Source of the DNA: Diplonema japonicum
Taxonomy: Eukaryota; Protista; Euglenozoa: Diplonemea
DNA: 64,000 nt
Assembly: GCA_964019335.1 (NCBI GenBank)
Contig: OZ025702.1
Location: 434,001-498,000, forward strand
Reading direction: 5' to 3'
Shown here in pieces: positions 54,437 through 64,000 of the stretch (within the stretch, counting starts at the first letter, position 1; each line of letters begins with the position of its first letter). Made by a program: the position numbers and the translations under genes. The notes below the pieces were generated by a model, which saw only the letters and a list, made by a program, of their open reading frames with translations, searched no databases and had not been told where the DNA came from.

Positions 54437-54892
54437 ATGAAACTCTTCAGACACGACCCCTACTCGGAGGACAGCAACAGTACCGCTGTGGCTGTGGTAC
54501 CCGTTGACAGGATGCTGCCAACCACTTCGAAACAATGGTGCAAACTGGTCTCAAAGAAGCGCTGCAGAAAGAAGTCGTGTGCGCACTTCCATGTGGAGAG
54601 CGCAGTGAAGCAGGGGGTGCTGCACAAGGCAAGGCTCGAGTCTGTACCAGTGATCCCTCTAGAAGCACTGGACTCTCTCCAGAAATACGTTATAACCCGG
54701 ATAGAGGCCCTGGACAAGGGGGCAGCTTCGCGGTCCATCGTCCGAGTGCGTCGCATGGCAAAGGTCGAAGGAGATCCCAAGGTGGCCCTCCTCAAGACAG
54801 TGTCAAAGGTTTTCAATGAGGCGACGATTCTACCCCTCTCCGCCTTCCGTCACCACACTGTCATCATCTTTTCCCTTCTGTGCCGTGTTTAG
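54437..54892 (+). CDS. Small CCCH zinc-finger protein with N-terminal RHDPY motif
   Basis: C-x7-C-x4-C-x3-H (CKLVSKKRCRKKSCAHFH); starts MKLFRHDPY. Confidence 0.65.
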   Translation: MKLFRHDPYSEDSNSTAVAVVPVDRMLPTTSKQWCKLVSKKRCRKKSCAHFHVESAVKQGVLHKARLESVPVIPLEALDSLQKYVITRIEALDKGAASRSIVRVRRMAKVEGDPKVALLKTVSKVFNEATILPLSAFRHHTVIIFSLLCRV

Positions 54893-55030
54893 GGGAAGCG
54901 GGGGTGGGGAAAAAGAAAATATTTTTTTATAAAAAAAGAAAATATAGAAATCTAATTAAAAAGGTGTTGATCCTCGGTGTGCCTCAACACGCACAGGGTA
55001 ATGGAAAAGAAAAAGAAAGAAAACGAAAAG

Positions 55031-55034
<4 letters not shown>

Positions 55035-55062
<28 letters not shown>
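55035..55062. repeat. (AG)n microsatellite
   Basis: Read directly from the sequence. Confidence 0.95.
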
Positions 55063-55068
<6 letters not shown>

Positions 55069-55260
55069 AAAAAAGAAAGGAAAGAAAAAGGCATTTAGTT
55101 GCAATTGTGTGTTTTTTTCTTCTTTTTTTTTTCCCTCTTCTTTTTTTCCCTTTTTCCTTTCTTCCCCCCCCCCGTTTTTTTCCATCCTTTTGCTTGCTAG
55201 TTACTTATACAACACCCTCTCTCTATTTTCTTTTTTTTATTTCTTCGAGCGCGAGGAGGT

Positions 55261-55295
55261 CGGTAAGCGCAAAAATGCATACCTTAAAAGAATAG
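55261..55295 (+). repeat. Dispersed 35-nt hairpin-containing motif, copy 2
   Basis: CGGTAAGCGCAAAAATGCATACCTTAAAAGAATAG followed by TTTT; 33/35 identical to 19007-19041. Confidence 0.8.
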
Positions 55296-55407
55296 TTTTC
55301 TTCCCTTCTTTTCTTTTTTTTTTTCCCATTTTTTTTTTTTTTTTTTTTTTACACTTTGGGCTGTTCAAACCACCCCAATCAAACCTGACAGACATTTATT
55401 AACCTAA

Positions 55408-56552
55408 CCCCTAAACGCCCGCGCGGACGTTTTTGTCCTTATTTCAAAATTTGCTTTTTCGCTAAGTACTTTTTTTTGAACACGGCCCCTGGACTTCAAA
55501 ATATGGCATTGTTGCGCGGTTTATTTTGTCTCGGAACTACATTTTGCGTTAAAAGTTTTGTTTTAATTGAAACCGGCAGGGTTGGCTTAAAATGAAATCA
55601 GATGGTCAAAATAGCAGCGAAAACGTGAGTCTCCCCCGACTGGTCAACCTGGAAACATCAGTAAGGCCTGAAACTGCACCTCATGCGTAGGCTTCTTGAC
55701 ATCATTGTCAACCGGTGTAGGACTGTGCGGACCCCTAGCAAGTGGTTGTCTGTTGACGACAGTGTTATCCCGACAACAATAAAAGTCATGGAACCACGAA
55801 AAAACAACTCGGTGGGCATCAAGGTAGTCGCTACATGCGACTCATAAAACTGTTACCTTGCGAATTTCAACATTTTCAGCAAAAAGTCCACAACACAGGA
55901 CCTAGTCATGCGTGCTGTCGACTCCTAAGGGTTTGCTGTCGACCCCTGACCGGCAAGACCAGCTCCAGGAGACTGGAGTTCGGCATATGAAAACCCGGAA
56001 GTGGACCATGGTCGTTTTTTATTGGGTCCTGGAAAGCTGTGTTGCCAACTCCTCCATAATCTGGAAGAAGAGCAAGGAATGTGGCAAAAATTATGGCTTC
56101 CCGAGCTTCAAAGAAGACCTTGTTGGCAAGCTTCTCACCCATGCCCCAAAAGCCGATAGCACACACCCCCGACAACACCGTCACCGACCCCCAAGCGCAA
56201 ACACGCTAGCAATGAGGATTCCCTCACTCAGAAATACCCAAAACGCCCCAAATAGTCTCCAGACTGACCTCAATCCTAGAATTCAGGGCACCAAATAGGG
56301 CTGAATGCTGCCCTATTTAGCCCAGCCATAACTCCACGGACCCCACGACAAGACCCCCCAAAATCGGACATAAAAAGTACCCCCTCTTACACACATAGTT
56401 AAGTGTTCTCATCTGATCTGGCACCTGGAATTGACCGTACCGTTTAACCTTTCCTTTCACCTTCCTATGGTTGCATGCTGCCCTTTTTTTGAGTATTTAA
56501 AGCAACAACGAAAATGGGGGGGTACCGTAGATAGGCTCCGGGCGTTTAGGGG
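55408..56552 (+). mobile_element. Internally deleted, non-autonomous piggyBac transposon
   Basis: Perfect 14-bp TIRs CCCCTAAACGCCCG (55408-55421) / CGGGCGTTTAGGGG (56539-56552), CTAA on both flanks, and transposase remnants inside. Confidence 0.9.
55730..56140 (+). pseudogene. piggyBac transposase fragments
   Basis: PSKWLSVDDSVIP, VGIKVVATCDS*NCYLANFNIF (in-frame stop), DRQDQ....KTRKWTMVVFYWVLESCVANS.IIW. The central part is missing. Confidence 0.85.
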
Positions 56553-56743
56553 CTAATCTTTTATTTTTTTTATAAGGGGGTGGTGGTCCTCAATCGACGC
56601 CCTGCCCTGCCTTATTCTCAGTTAACTATCCCTAGCTCTTTTCTTCTCTTTCTCTCTCTCTTTCTTTTTCTCTATGCACCCTTCTTAAAATCCGAAAAAC
56701 AGGAGGGGGGGGGGGGGGGGGGGAGAAAGAAAAAAAAGAAGAA

Positions 56744-57334
56744 ATGGGGCTACACTCAAGTAAATTATCACTCTTCGATTTACTAAAGGAAGGTGACGAC
56801 CTTCTCAAGAAGGGAGAAGGGAAGAAAGCAGTAATCATGTATAGCAACGCATTGGAGCTGGCCCCCGAGTACTGGATCGGGTACCTCAAGAGGGCAAAGG
56901 GGCATATGGCAAACGGGGACTTCTGCCTAGCTCTGGCGGACACTGACACATCTCTTAAATTACACGAAAGCCTGACAGTGAAAAAACTGAAAAAAGAAAT
57001 TCTAGAGAGCATGGGCGAAGCAGAAGAGGCGGCAGCACTCAATCTCGAGGTAAGCGCACAGGAAGAGAACCTCAAAAAGAACAGAAGAAGCAGCCCCCCG
57101 AAACGGCTCACCAAAGAGGAGATCGCCCACTGGAAGCAAGTACAAGAACGGGAAAAGGTACTCAACTACCTACCTCGATGCGAGTTCTCCAAACGGCTCA
57201 AACGTCATAGGGAAACTGCGAATAGATCACACCCCTCGTGGGTCAAGCACCCAGGCACGGCGCCTGTCCTCCCTGCGTCCTCTGATGCCCCCCCAACTCG
57301 CGAGCCTCTTGATGACACTGTGCCGCTTCTTTAG
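56744..57334 (+). CDS. TPR-repeat protein
   Basis: LKEGDDLLKKGE..KAVIMYSNALELAP and YLKRAKGH...GDF..AL.D...SLKL. Confidence 0.8.
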   Translation: MGLHSSKLSLFDLLKEGDDLLKKGEGKKAVIMYSNALELAPEYWIGYLKRAKGHMANGDFCLALADTDTSLKLHESLTVKKLKKEILESMGEAEEAAALNLEVSAQEENLKKNRRSSPPKRLTKEEIAHWKQVQEREKVLNYLPRCEFSKRLKRHRETANRSHPSWVKHPGTAPVLPASSDAPPTREPLDDTVPLL

Positions 57335-57481
57335 CCAGAAAAAAAAAGGGGAAAAGAAAAAAAACGAAAACTGTCCATTCTTTTTACAAAGGAAAAAAAA
57401 AAAAAACTAATTGACTCGATCTTTTTTTTTTTTTTTTTTTTTTAACCCTTTCTTACACACAAAATATTCGTCTCATAGGGG

Positions 57482-59305
57482 ATGCCCAAGACATGCCCTG
57501 TGCTCGTGGCTTGTTTCATAGCTAATGTTGCGTGCTTCTCGTTGCATCCTGTCAAAGACATATACCACAACGACTACGCCTTCGCGGCTGTGAGGCTGGA
57601 CGGGACGGTGGTGACATGGGGGGACACGGATGCGGGGGGCGACAGCACGACCGTGAAATCGCACCTAGTCGAAGTGAGAGAAATAATATCGTCCGAGAAA
57701 GCGTTCGCAGCCATACGGCGAAACGACACGGTGGTGACATGGGGTGACCCCGCCTACGGAGGCGACAGCTCGACAGTGCAGAGCCTGCTGAAGGACGTCT
57801 TCGCCATCACCCCCTCCAAGACCATCCTCGTCGCAAGACGCAGGGACAACAGTGTCGTATCATGGGGAAGCGACAACCGAAGACTGAGCGACGCCTCCGC
57901 AGTATCAGGCCTCACCAACATCAAGGCGATCATCCCACAAGAACGTTCCTTTGCAGTTCTTGTTGCCGACGGGACAGTATACACATGGGGCGACCCTGCA
58001 CAGGGTGGAGACTCCTCTTCTGTAGCAGTCGAGCTTCAGAACGTCCATCGCGTGTTTGCGTCATCAGGTACCTTCGCAGCGTTGCGAAGAGACGGCACCG
58101 TGGTAACATGGGGCGGGAAGATGGACGTGAGTACTGTTCAGGAAAAGCTGCACGACATCAGAGACATCTTCACCACACCTCACTCCTTCATCGCCACCAC
58201 CAATAACGGAATCGTGGCATGGGGTACAGAACCACAGCTGGGTTCCGACGCTACCACCGTCCAGCACCTCATCAACACTTCAAACATCGAAGATGTCTAC
58301 TCAAATAGATACTCCGTTGCCGTCTTGATGGAAGACGGGAGGGTCGTGACATGGGGCGGGCACACCAAACCAGCTGACGTCTTCACCGCAAAAACAGTTG
58401 TCCCTTCAGATGTTGGCTTCTCCGCTATCCTACAAAACGGCAGCGTGGTGACATGGGGGGTGCATTTACCCGCACCATGCTGCCTACCCTTCCCCGAGTT
58501 CGCAGGAAGGGTGGCATATCTCTATAGTACACGAGATGGTGGGCTTGCTGGACTCTTAAGCGACAACTCATTAATCACATGGGGGCGGACGACCGCAGGG
58601 GGCAGGGAGTATAATAAAAGAAGCTTGAAAAACGTGGTGAGCGTGAATGCGGGTCAGGACTCCTTTGCTGTGTATGTGGTGAGGAAGGGGTTGGTGACAT
58701 GGGGCGCGAAGGACAGGTCCGACTCAGACTCAGTACGTAATCTGTTCAAAGGAAACTTCAGAGCATACAGCAACAAACGGGGCTGGGCAGCAATGGATAA
58801 AAACGACAACATGGTGGCATGGGGCGTAATTATGTACTCATCGGAGGACCAAAATCTGGCAACATTCACCCATCCTCCAAAGCCCACTCCTCTCCCTGAA
58901 ACACAAGCTCCTCCCACAGCTACAGTAACACTGTCTCTTACAGCCTCTGTTAAGGAGGTTGAGAAGGATGCTGAGGATGATGATGATGCTCTCATTGATT
59001 TTCCTTCAAGCACCACCGGTCGTGTCATAGCGATTGTCTCTATCGTTCTAATCTGCTTAAGTATTGTGCTTTTGTGTTACATGCTGTGGCAGCCTGGTGG
59101 GAAAGATGACGACGCTCACCCCCCTACAGACAGTGGGCCAGCGAAGCCTGTTGATACCGCACCTGACGAATATGCGTATTATTCGTACTCTGAGGGTGAG
59201 TCTCTCCCTGAGGTTAACACTAGTGAGATTCAGCAGATTGAGTCGGAAGAAGGGGAGGAATCCCCGCCAGAAGAGACACGTGAAGTGGATGAAAAAAAAG
59301 AATGA
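57482..59305 (+). CDS. RCC1/BLIP-II-like beta-propeller repeat type-I membrane protein
   Basis: Signal peptide; about 10 repeats of AFAA.R.DGTVVTWG....GGDSS.V...L; TM IAIVSIVLICLSIVLLCYMLW; acidic tail. Confidence 0.85.
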   Translation: MPKTCPVLVACFIANVACFSLHPVKDIYHNDYAFAAVRLDGTVVTWGDTDAGGDSTTVKSHLVEVREIISSEKAFAAIRRNDTVVTWGDPAYGGDSSTVQSLLKDVFAITPSKTILVARRRDNSVVSWGSDNRRLSDASAVSGLTNIKAIIPQERSFAVLVADGTVYTWGDPAQGGDSSSVAVELQNVHRVFASSGTFAALRRDGTVVTWGGKMDVSTVQEKLHDIRDIFTTPHSFIATTNNGIVAWGTEPQLGSDATTVQHLINTSNIEDVYSNRYSVAVLMEDGRVVTWGGHTKPADVFTAKTVVPSDVGFSAILQNGSVVTWGVHLPAPCCLPFPEFAGRVAYLYSTRDGGLAGLLSDNSLITWGRTTAGGREYNKRSLKNVVSVNAGQDSFAVYVVRKGLVTWGAKDRSDSDSVRNLFKGNFRAYSNKRGWAAMDKNDNMVAWGVIMYSSEDQNLATFTHPPKPTPLPETQAPPTATVTLSLTASVKEVEKDAEDDDDALIDFPSSTTGRVIAIVSIVLICLSIVLLCYMLWQPGGKDDDAHPPTDSGPAKPVDTAPDEYAYYSYSEGESLPEVNTSEIQQIESEEGEESPPEETREVDEKKE

Positions 59306-59949
59306 AAAAAAAAAAAAGAAAAAAGAGAAAAGAAAAGATGGATGGGCGTGTGTTGATGTTGAAGCCATACGAACTCCTTTTTTTTTTTTTCTTTCTTTTT
59401 TTTTTCTTTTTCTCTTTTTTTTTTTTCTGTTGCACACAATTGTCTTTTCAATTAAAAAAAAAAAATGCTGGGATATTTTTTTAATTAAAAACTTAAACTA
59501 TATGGCAACTTGTGCCGAGCACGGGGAGGGGGGGGGGGGGGGGGGGGGGAAGAGGGATAAAAAAACTAGTTTTGACGCTTCATTTGTTTTGTGCGCACGA
59601 GCGGTATTTTTTTTTTTTTTTTTTACCTTGTAAAATCACACATTACGCTGCCATCAACTAGTTTTTTGGGAAAAAAAAAAAAAAAAAACTTTTGCAGCTT
59701 TTTTAAATTCCCGTGCGTACAACAACAAAAGAGATATAGTCATAAAAAAGATTTTTTTTTAAAACTTTTTTTTCTTACTTTTGTTTTGTCATCGGTGTAC
59801 CTCCTTGGTGAATAGCATGCTCGTAAGCGATTTCTACAATCCAACAGGCAGTGCTAAGGGGGGTTTTCTTTTTTTCTTTTCTTTTTTTTCTTTTTTTTTG
59901 TGGGTTGTTTGGTAGCGCTTCTCCCCACACCATCAATGATATTTATTTT

Positions 59950-60202
59950 TTTCTCGGGACATACACTCCGTCACCAGGAGTCATCATGTGCCCTCTTTAT
60001 GAGTGGTTCTAAGGAGTCTCATTACGTTTTCCGTTATGAAAAAGGGGAGGAAATGAAAGACTTTTTTTTTTTTTTTTTTTTTTTTCCGGGACATACACTC
60101 CGTCACCATGAGTCATGAGGTACCTACTTCATCTCTTGTTAAGGAGGTCAGATAGTGGGTGGCTCTGAGGAGTCCCATTACGTATTCCGATGAAAAAAGG
60201 GA
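59950..60202. repeat. Tandem duplication of a structured non-coding unit
   Basis: CGGGACATACACTCCGTCACCA(G/T)GAGTCAT at about 59955 and 60087; GTGG(T/C)TCT(A/G)AGGAGTC(T/C)CATTACGT(T/A)TTCCG at about 60003 and 60160. Confidence 0.8.
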
Positions 60203-60613
60203 CTCTTTTTAACTATCGAGGGCCGCTTTTACAAGGGCATGAGAGGCACCTTGAAGCCATTTTTTTTTGTTGAAAAAGGCCTGCCGTGTAGAGACCACAA
60301 AGTGCAGATATTTAAGTTCAATAGGGGGGGAATACTTTTTTTTTTTTTTTGCCCCTGTCTCTTTCTCCCCCCCCTACAATAGGGTTTATAATCCTTCTAT
60401 ATCTAGAAAGCATTTTTCAGCGAGACTTAAGACTTTGCTAGACGATGCATGTTTCTTTGCCATTTTTTATTCTTGTTTTTTCCCCTACCCCCTTTTTTTT
60501 TTGTTTTTTTTTTATAACCCCTCAAAGACCTAGGGGGAAAAAAAAGGGGGGAAAGCCGAAATAGAAAAGTAGAAAGCCATCTTCCTAGGTTCCTAGTTCA
60601 AGAAGCAACAATA

Positions 60614-60650
<37 letters not shown>

Positions 60651-61608
60651 GTGATGGTTTTCTTGCTGCTATGGTAATTTTCGATTTTTACAATTGGGTG
60701 GGTCTTGAGGGCTACATTAAATTTTACGTATTTTTTTTTTTTTTTTTTTTTTTTTTTGCTTTTTTTTTTTTGTTTCTCAACAGCCGGGTCTTTTGCTTGA
60801 TCTATTCAGAAAAATGATACTCCCCAGCTTGACTTTTTAGTTTACATCATTAAATTAAAAATATATTGGAAAAAAAAAAGAAGAAATGAAACAAAAAAAA
60901 AAATAGAAGAAAGAAAAAAGAGAAAAAAAAACACACGAAACGTAAAAAAGAAAGAATAACCCCCCCACCCTCGTTTGTGTAAAGGAGTAAAAAATACTGT
61001 AAGACTGAGAGAAAAAAAAAGGAAAAAGAAAGCGGGGGTCAGTTCGAGAATAAGTGAATTGAAAGAAGACCTTCTTTCTTCTGCTTTTCGGTAACCGTAT
61101 TGCGACACTTTTGCTCTACAGATGTAGAGGGAGCTTCCAGAGAAAGATAGTTCGACTTTTTCTTTTTTTCCCCCCCTCGTGATTTTTTTCCTTCCCCGTT
61201 TTACGTTTTACGTTTTACAACAAATACTCCATTTTCTTTATTGCAGGCCGTTGCTAACCACTTCGTTCCTATCATAGTGAATTTATTTTCTTCCCGATAA
61301 GGGGGAAAGTATGCCCTCCTCCGTGGGCCACCCAGCAAGCACACCGGGAAAATATCTCACCTTTCCTCCACCCCCTTTCCTCCCCCCCTGTTTTCTTCAT
61401 TCTGTGCATTAAAAAAAAAAAAAACGAGGGTGGAGTTTTGTGATGAGTTAATTTTTGTTTGTTTCTTTATTCTGCATGCGCCACATTTTTCTTCTTCTTT
61501 TTTTTTTTGATGAGTTTTTTTTCTTCTTCTCCAGTTCCGTAAAAAAAAAAAAAAAAAAAAAAGGAAAAAAGGAAAAAAGTGGGAAATAGGGAGGGGGAGA
61601 GAAAGAAG

Positions 61609-64000
61609 ATGAGTGTCGTGGAAAGAATAGCAAACTGCCACACAGAGTCGAATGAGGCTGCGGACAGACGCTGGGCGGCAGTCAGGACAATCGACACGGC
61701 CTTCAAAGAGTGGACGAAAGATGCGTCCTCACAAGTAGTAGTGTATGGGAGTGTTGCACTGGAAGTGCATTTGGAAGGAGCAGACACCGACCTAGTCTGC
61801 GTCACATCGAGCGGGTTTTCACACAATTTCTTCAGAGCGTTCCCTTCATACCTCCGTGGCAAGCCCAACGTCACGTCTGTGAGCTACGTCCCTGCAATGC
61901 CGCCCCTCCTCAACGCCGTGGTGCATGGTGTTCAGCATGATATCCTCTTCTGTTTCATTCCCCTGGGTGCCCCTCTGCCTCCTAATGTCAACCTGAATGA
62001 CGATAGGTATCTTTACAACATGGATGAACCGTCTCGGCGGTCTGTAGGAGGCCCCAGGCTCGTCGGAGCTCTATTCGAGCGTGTCCCTAACATGGTGACA
62101 TTCAAGCCCGCTCTCAAGGCCGTCAAGCTTTGGGCAGCCCGTCGTGGTTTGCACGGGGTCCGGTATGGGTACCCAGGTGGCGTGACGTGGGCTGCTATGA
62201 TGTGCTTCACGGCAAGACGGTGTCCCGCCAACGCGTCGCCTGACACGCTCGTCAGTACCTTTTTCAAACTCTTTGAAGGCCAGGGTCTCAACCACCCCAT
62301 CTCCATCCTCGACGACTTGCACGGCTGGCAGAAGGGGCCCACCGATGAGATGGCCGTGCTCGTTCCCTTCCCCACGCCGCCAGGAACGCCAGTTCAAATG
62401 GTATGATGCAATCTGCTTTAACTTGAAAACGAAAAAAAAAAAAAAATGAAAAAAAAAAACCCGCAGATCAACACATGCAGCGGTTCGGTGTGCACTCTGA
62501 CGAGCTTCCGTGCTGAGATCGACAGGGCGGCCTTCTTGTGCAAAGTGCCGGGCAGGATGGAAGGCGTGTGGAACAGGGCGGACTTCTTCTCATCCTTCCC
62601 ACGGTTCCTTGTTGTCGAGACGCGCACGACGTCTGTGGAGCTGCTGGACCCGTGGCTTGGGTTTGTTAGCAGCAGGATCAGGGAACTGCTCGCCCTATTA
62701 GACCAGTGGGCGAAGGACAGAAAGGACTGCATTTTGTGGCCGTATCCATTCATGTTTAGGACAGACTGCCCCACGGCGAGGCTGGGGTCGGGGGTGGACT
62801 ACGCGCCTGGGCTTGAGGGGGACTACGGTGGGTACTTCTTCGTTGGGCTGCGGACCGAGTTCAACGAATCGGCAGGCATTGCTGTCTACGAGTCTGAAGA
62901 CCTTGTGCGGTGTACAGAAGCGTTCGTGACCCTGTGCGCGGAGTGGGGCGGGAAGCGTGAGGGAATGTTCCAACCAGTCGTGAGTGTGATGGAGCCTCGT
63001 CAGGTCCCGAGCTTCGTTCTCGACAATCCGATCGCAGTAAAGGGCGGAGTGAAGGAGCGCTCCATCGCCGACATCATCAGGAACTTCAAGCACAGCGGGA
63101 TGGACGCGGTGGACGGAGCGGTTCTGATGAAAGTGAAGGAAGATGCAAAACTTTACTGGATGCCCGGTGAGGAGGAAAGCGATGCCATCCTCAAAGGATG
63201 CATTGTGGTGGTGAAGGCAGTGGACGGGGAGGAGGACATGGCATGGGTGCGGACCGAAGAAGGCGAGGAAGGTTTCATGAAGTTAGCGATGCTGCAGGAC
63301 TATGCCATGGCAACGATCAAAGAACGCGACGCGGAGACCCCGGGCAGCCCGCTCACACCATCAACCACCTTTATGACAACTAAGGGCGAAACACGGCTGC
63401 GAGCATTCCCCCTCATGACCTCCTGCGATTGGGTGGAGGATGGCATCATACCTGAAGGCGCTGTCGTGGCAGTACGCGCGCTTGACGAACAAGGAGAGTT
63501 CGCGTTTGTCCGGTTCAACAAAGTAGAGGGATTCATCACCACGAAGCATCTTAAGGTCGATGCACAAGACGGACACTGGGTAAAATGCACTAGAGTGAAG
63601 GAACTAAAGGAAATTCTTAACCTTGCAAAGGAAACCCACATGGCCCACCGCGTCGGGCCCCTCACAACATTAGAGCAGTCGGTGCTGAGCTCCCACGCTG
63701 GAGAGAGAGGGCTGACCATTGAAAAGTTCTCGGACTCGTACTTCTGTTACGAGCCGCAAGGGATGTTGCAGTTTCCACTGAGTCCACCTATGCAGTACGA
63801 CAGGGAGGTGTTGTTCTCAGGGGTGCGATTGGGAGCAGACTCCATCTCGGCTTTAAAGGAATACTTTGAGGACAAGGGGATGATACCGCAGTCGTGGGAT
63901 ATACGCTGTGAAAATGTGTTCTTGAAGGCGGGCCCATTGAACGACCTACACACAGAAGGACAAGAGGTGCAGGTCAAGGTGGTGGCAACAGGTAGCAACC
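61609..64000 (+). CDS. Canonical-type poly(A) polymerase-like protein with C-terminal SH3b-like repeats; exons 61609-62400, 62467->64000 (runs off the window)
   Basis: YGS......ADTD, third Asp in QHDILF, KLWA.RRG...YGYPGGV.WA. After the phase-0 intron 62401-62466 come PAP RNA-binding motifs (W.GFV.SRIR, P.PF, FFVGL, VPSFV). The frame stays open to the window end. Confidence 0.85.

Noticed and set aside
62401-62466. Homology to the trypanosome PAP cis-intron
   Set aside because: Positional identity cannot be established by eye, and introns are common in this genome.
1-64000. tRNA, rRNA, CRISPR arrays, non-canonical introns, stop-codon reassignment
   Set aside because: None recognised. All reconstructed frame breaks are explained by GT-AG introns, and all three stop codons terminate genes normally.

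Overview
Eukaryotic genomic DNA, most likely from a euglenozoan protist (diplonemid-like; this is inference). About 25 protein genes all lie on the + strand, separated by spacers rich in A/T/G/C homopolymer runs, and there is one 200-nt N gap. I reconstructed 21 short GT-AG introns (33-88 nt, donor consensus GTRTG, many A-rich with no polypyrimidine tract). They join ORF-track fragments into real genes and reveal a TMEM230-like gene the track misses. Genes include an ABCB transporter end, a degenerate AlkB-like protein, a MAP3K, a MidA/NDUFAF7-like protein, RELCH, Kelch, YHS, a Cys-rich surface protein, a lipid-anchor Fic protein, a Ubl-Pumilio protein, an ShK-prolyl 4-hydroxylase, EF-hand/WD40, a Pro-rich protein, an SGNH/TBL pseudoenzyme, a CCCH-HDPY protein, TPR, an RCC1-like surface protein and a poly(A) polymerase fused to SH3b-like repeats. 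Mobile DNA: (1) an APE-RT non-LTR retrotransposon with an uninterrupted ORF2 that begins at an ATGA stop/start overlap and carries a 2A-like (DVHPNPGP) leader, the most striking system here; (2) an internally deleted piggyBac with a CTAA target duplication; (3) two non-coding hairpin/inverted-repeat elements (Crypton-like by recall); (4) a dispersed 35-nt hairpin terminus; (5) a tandem structured repeat. All family assignments come from motif recognition by eye, not from database searches.
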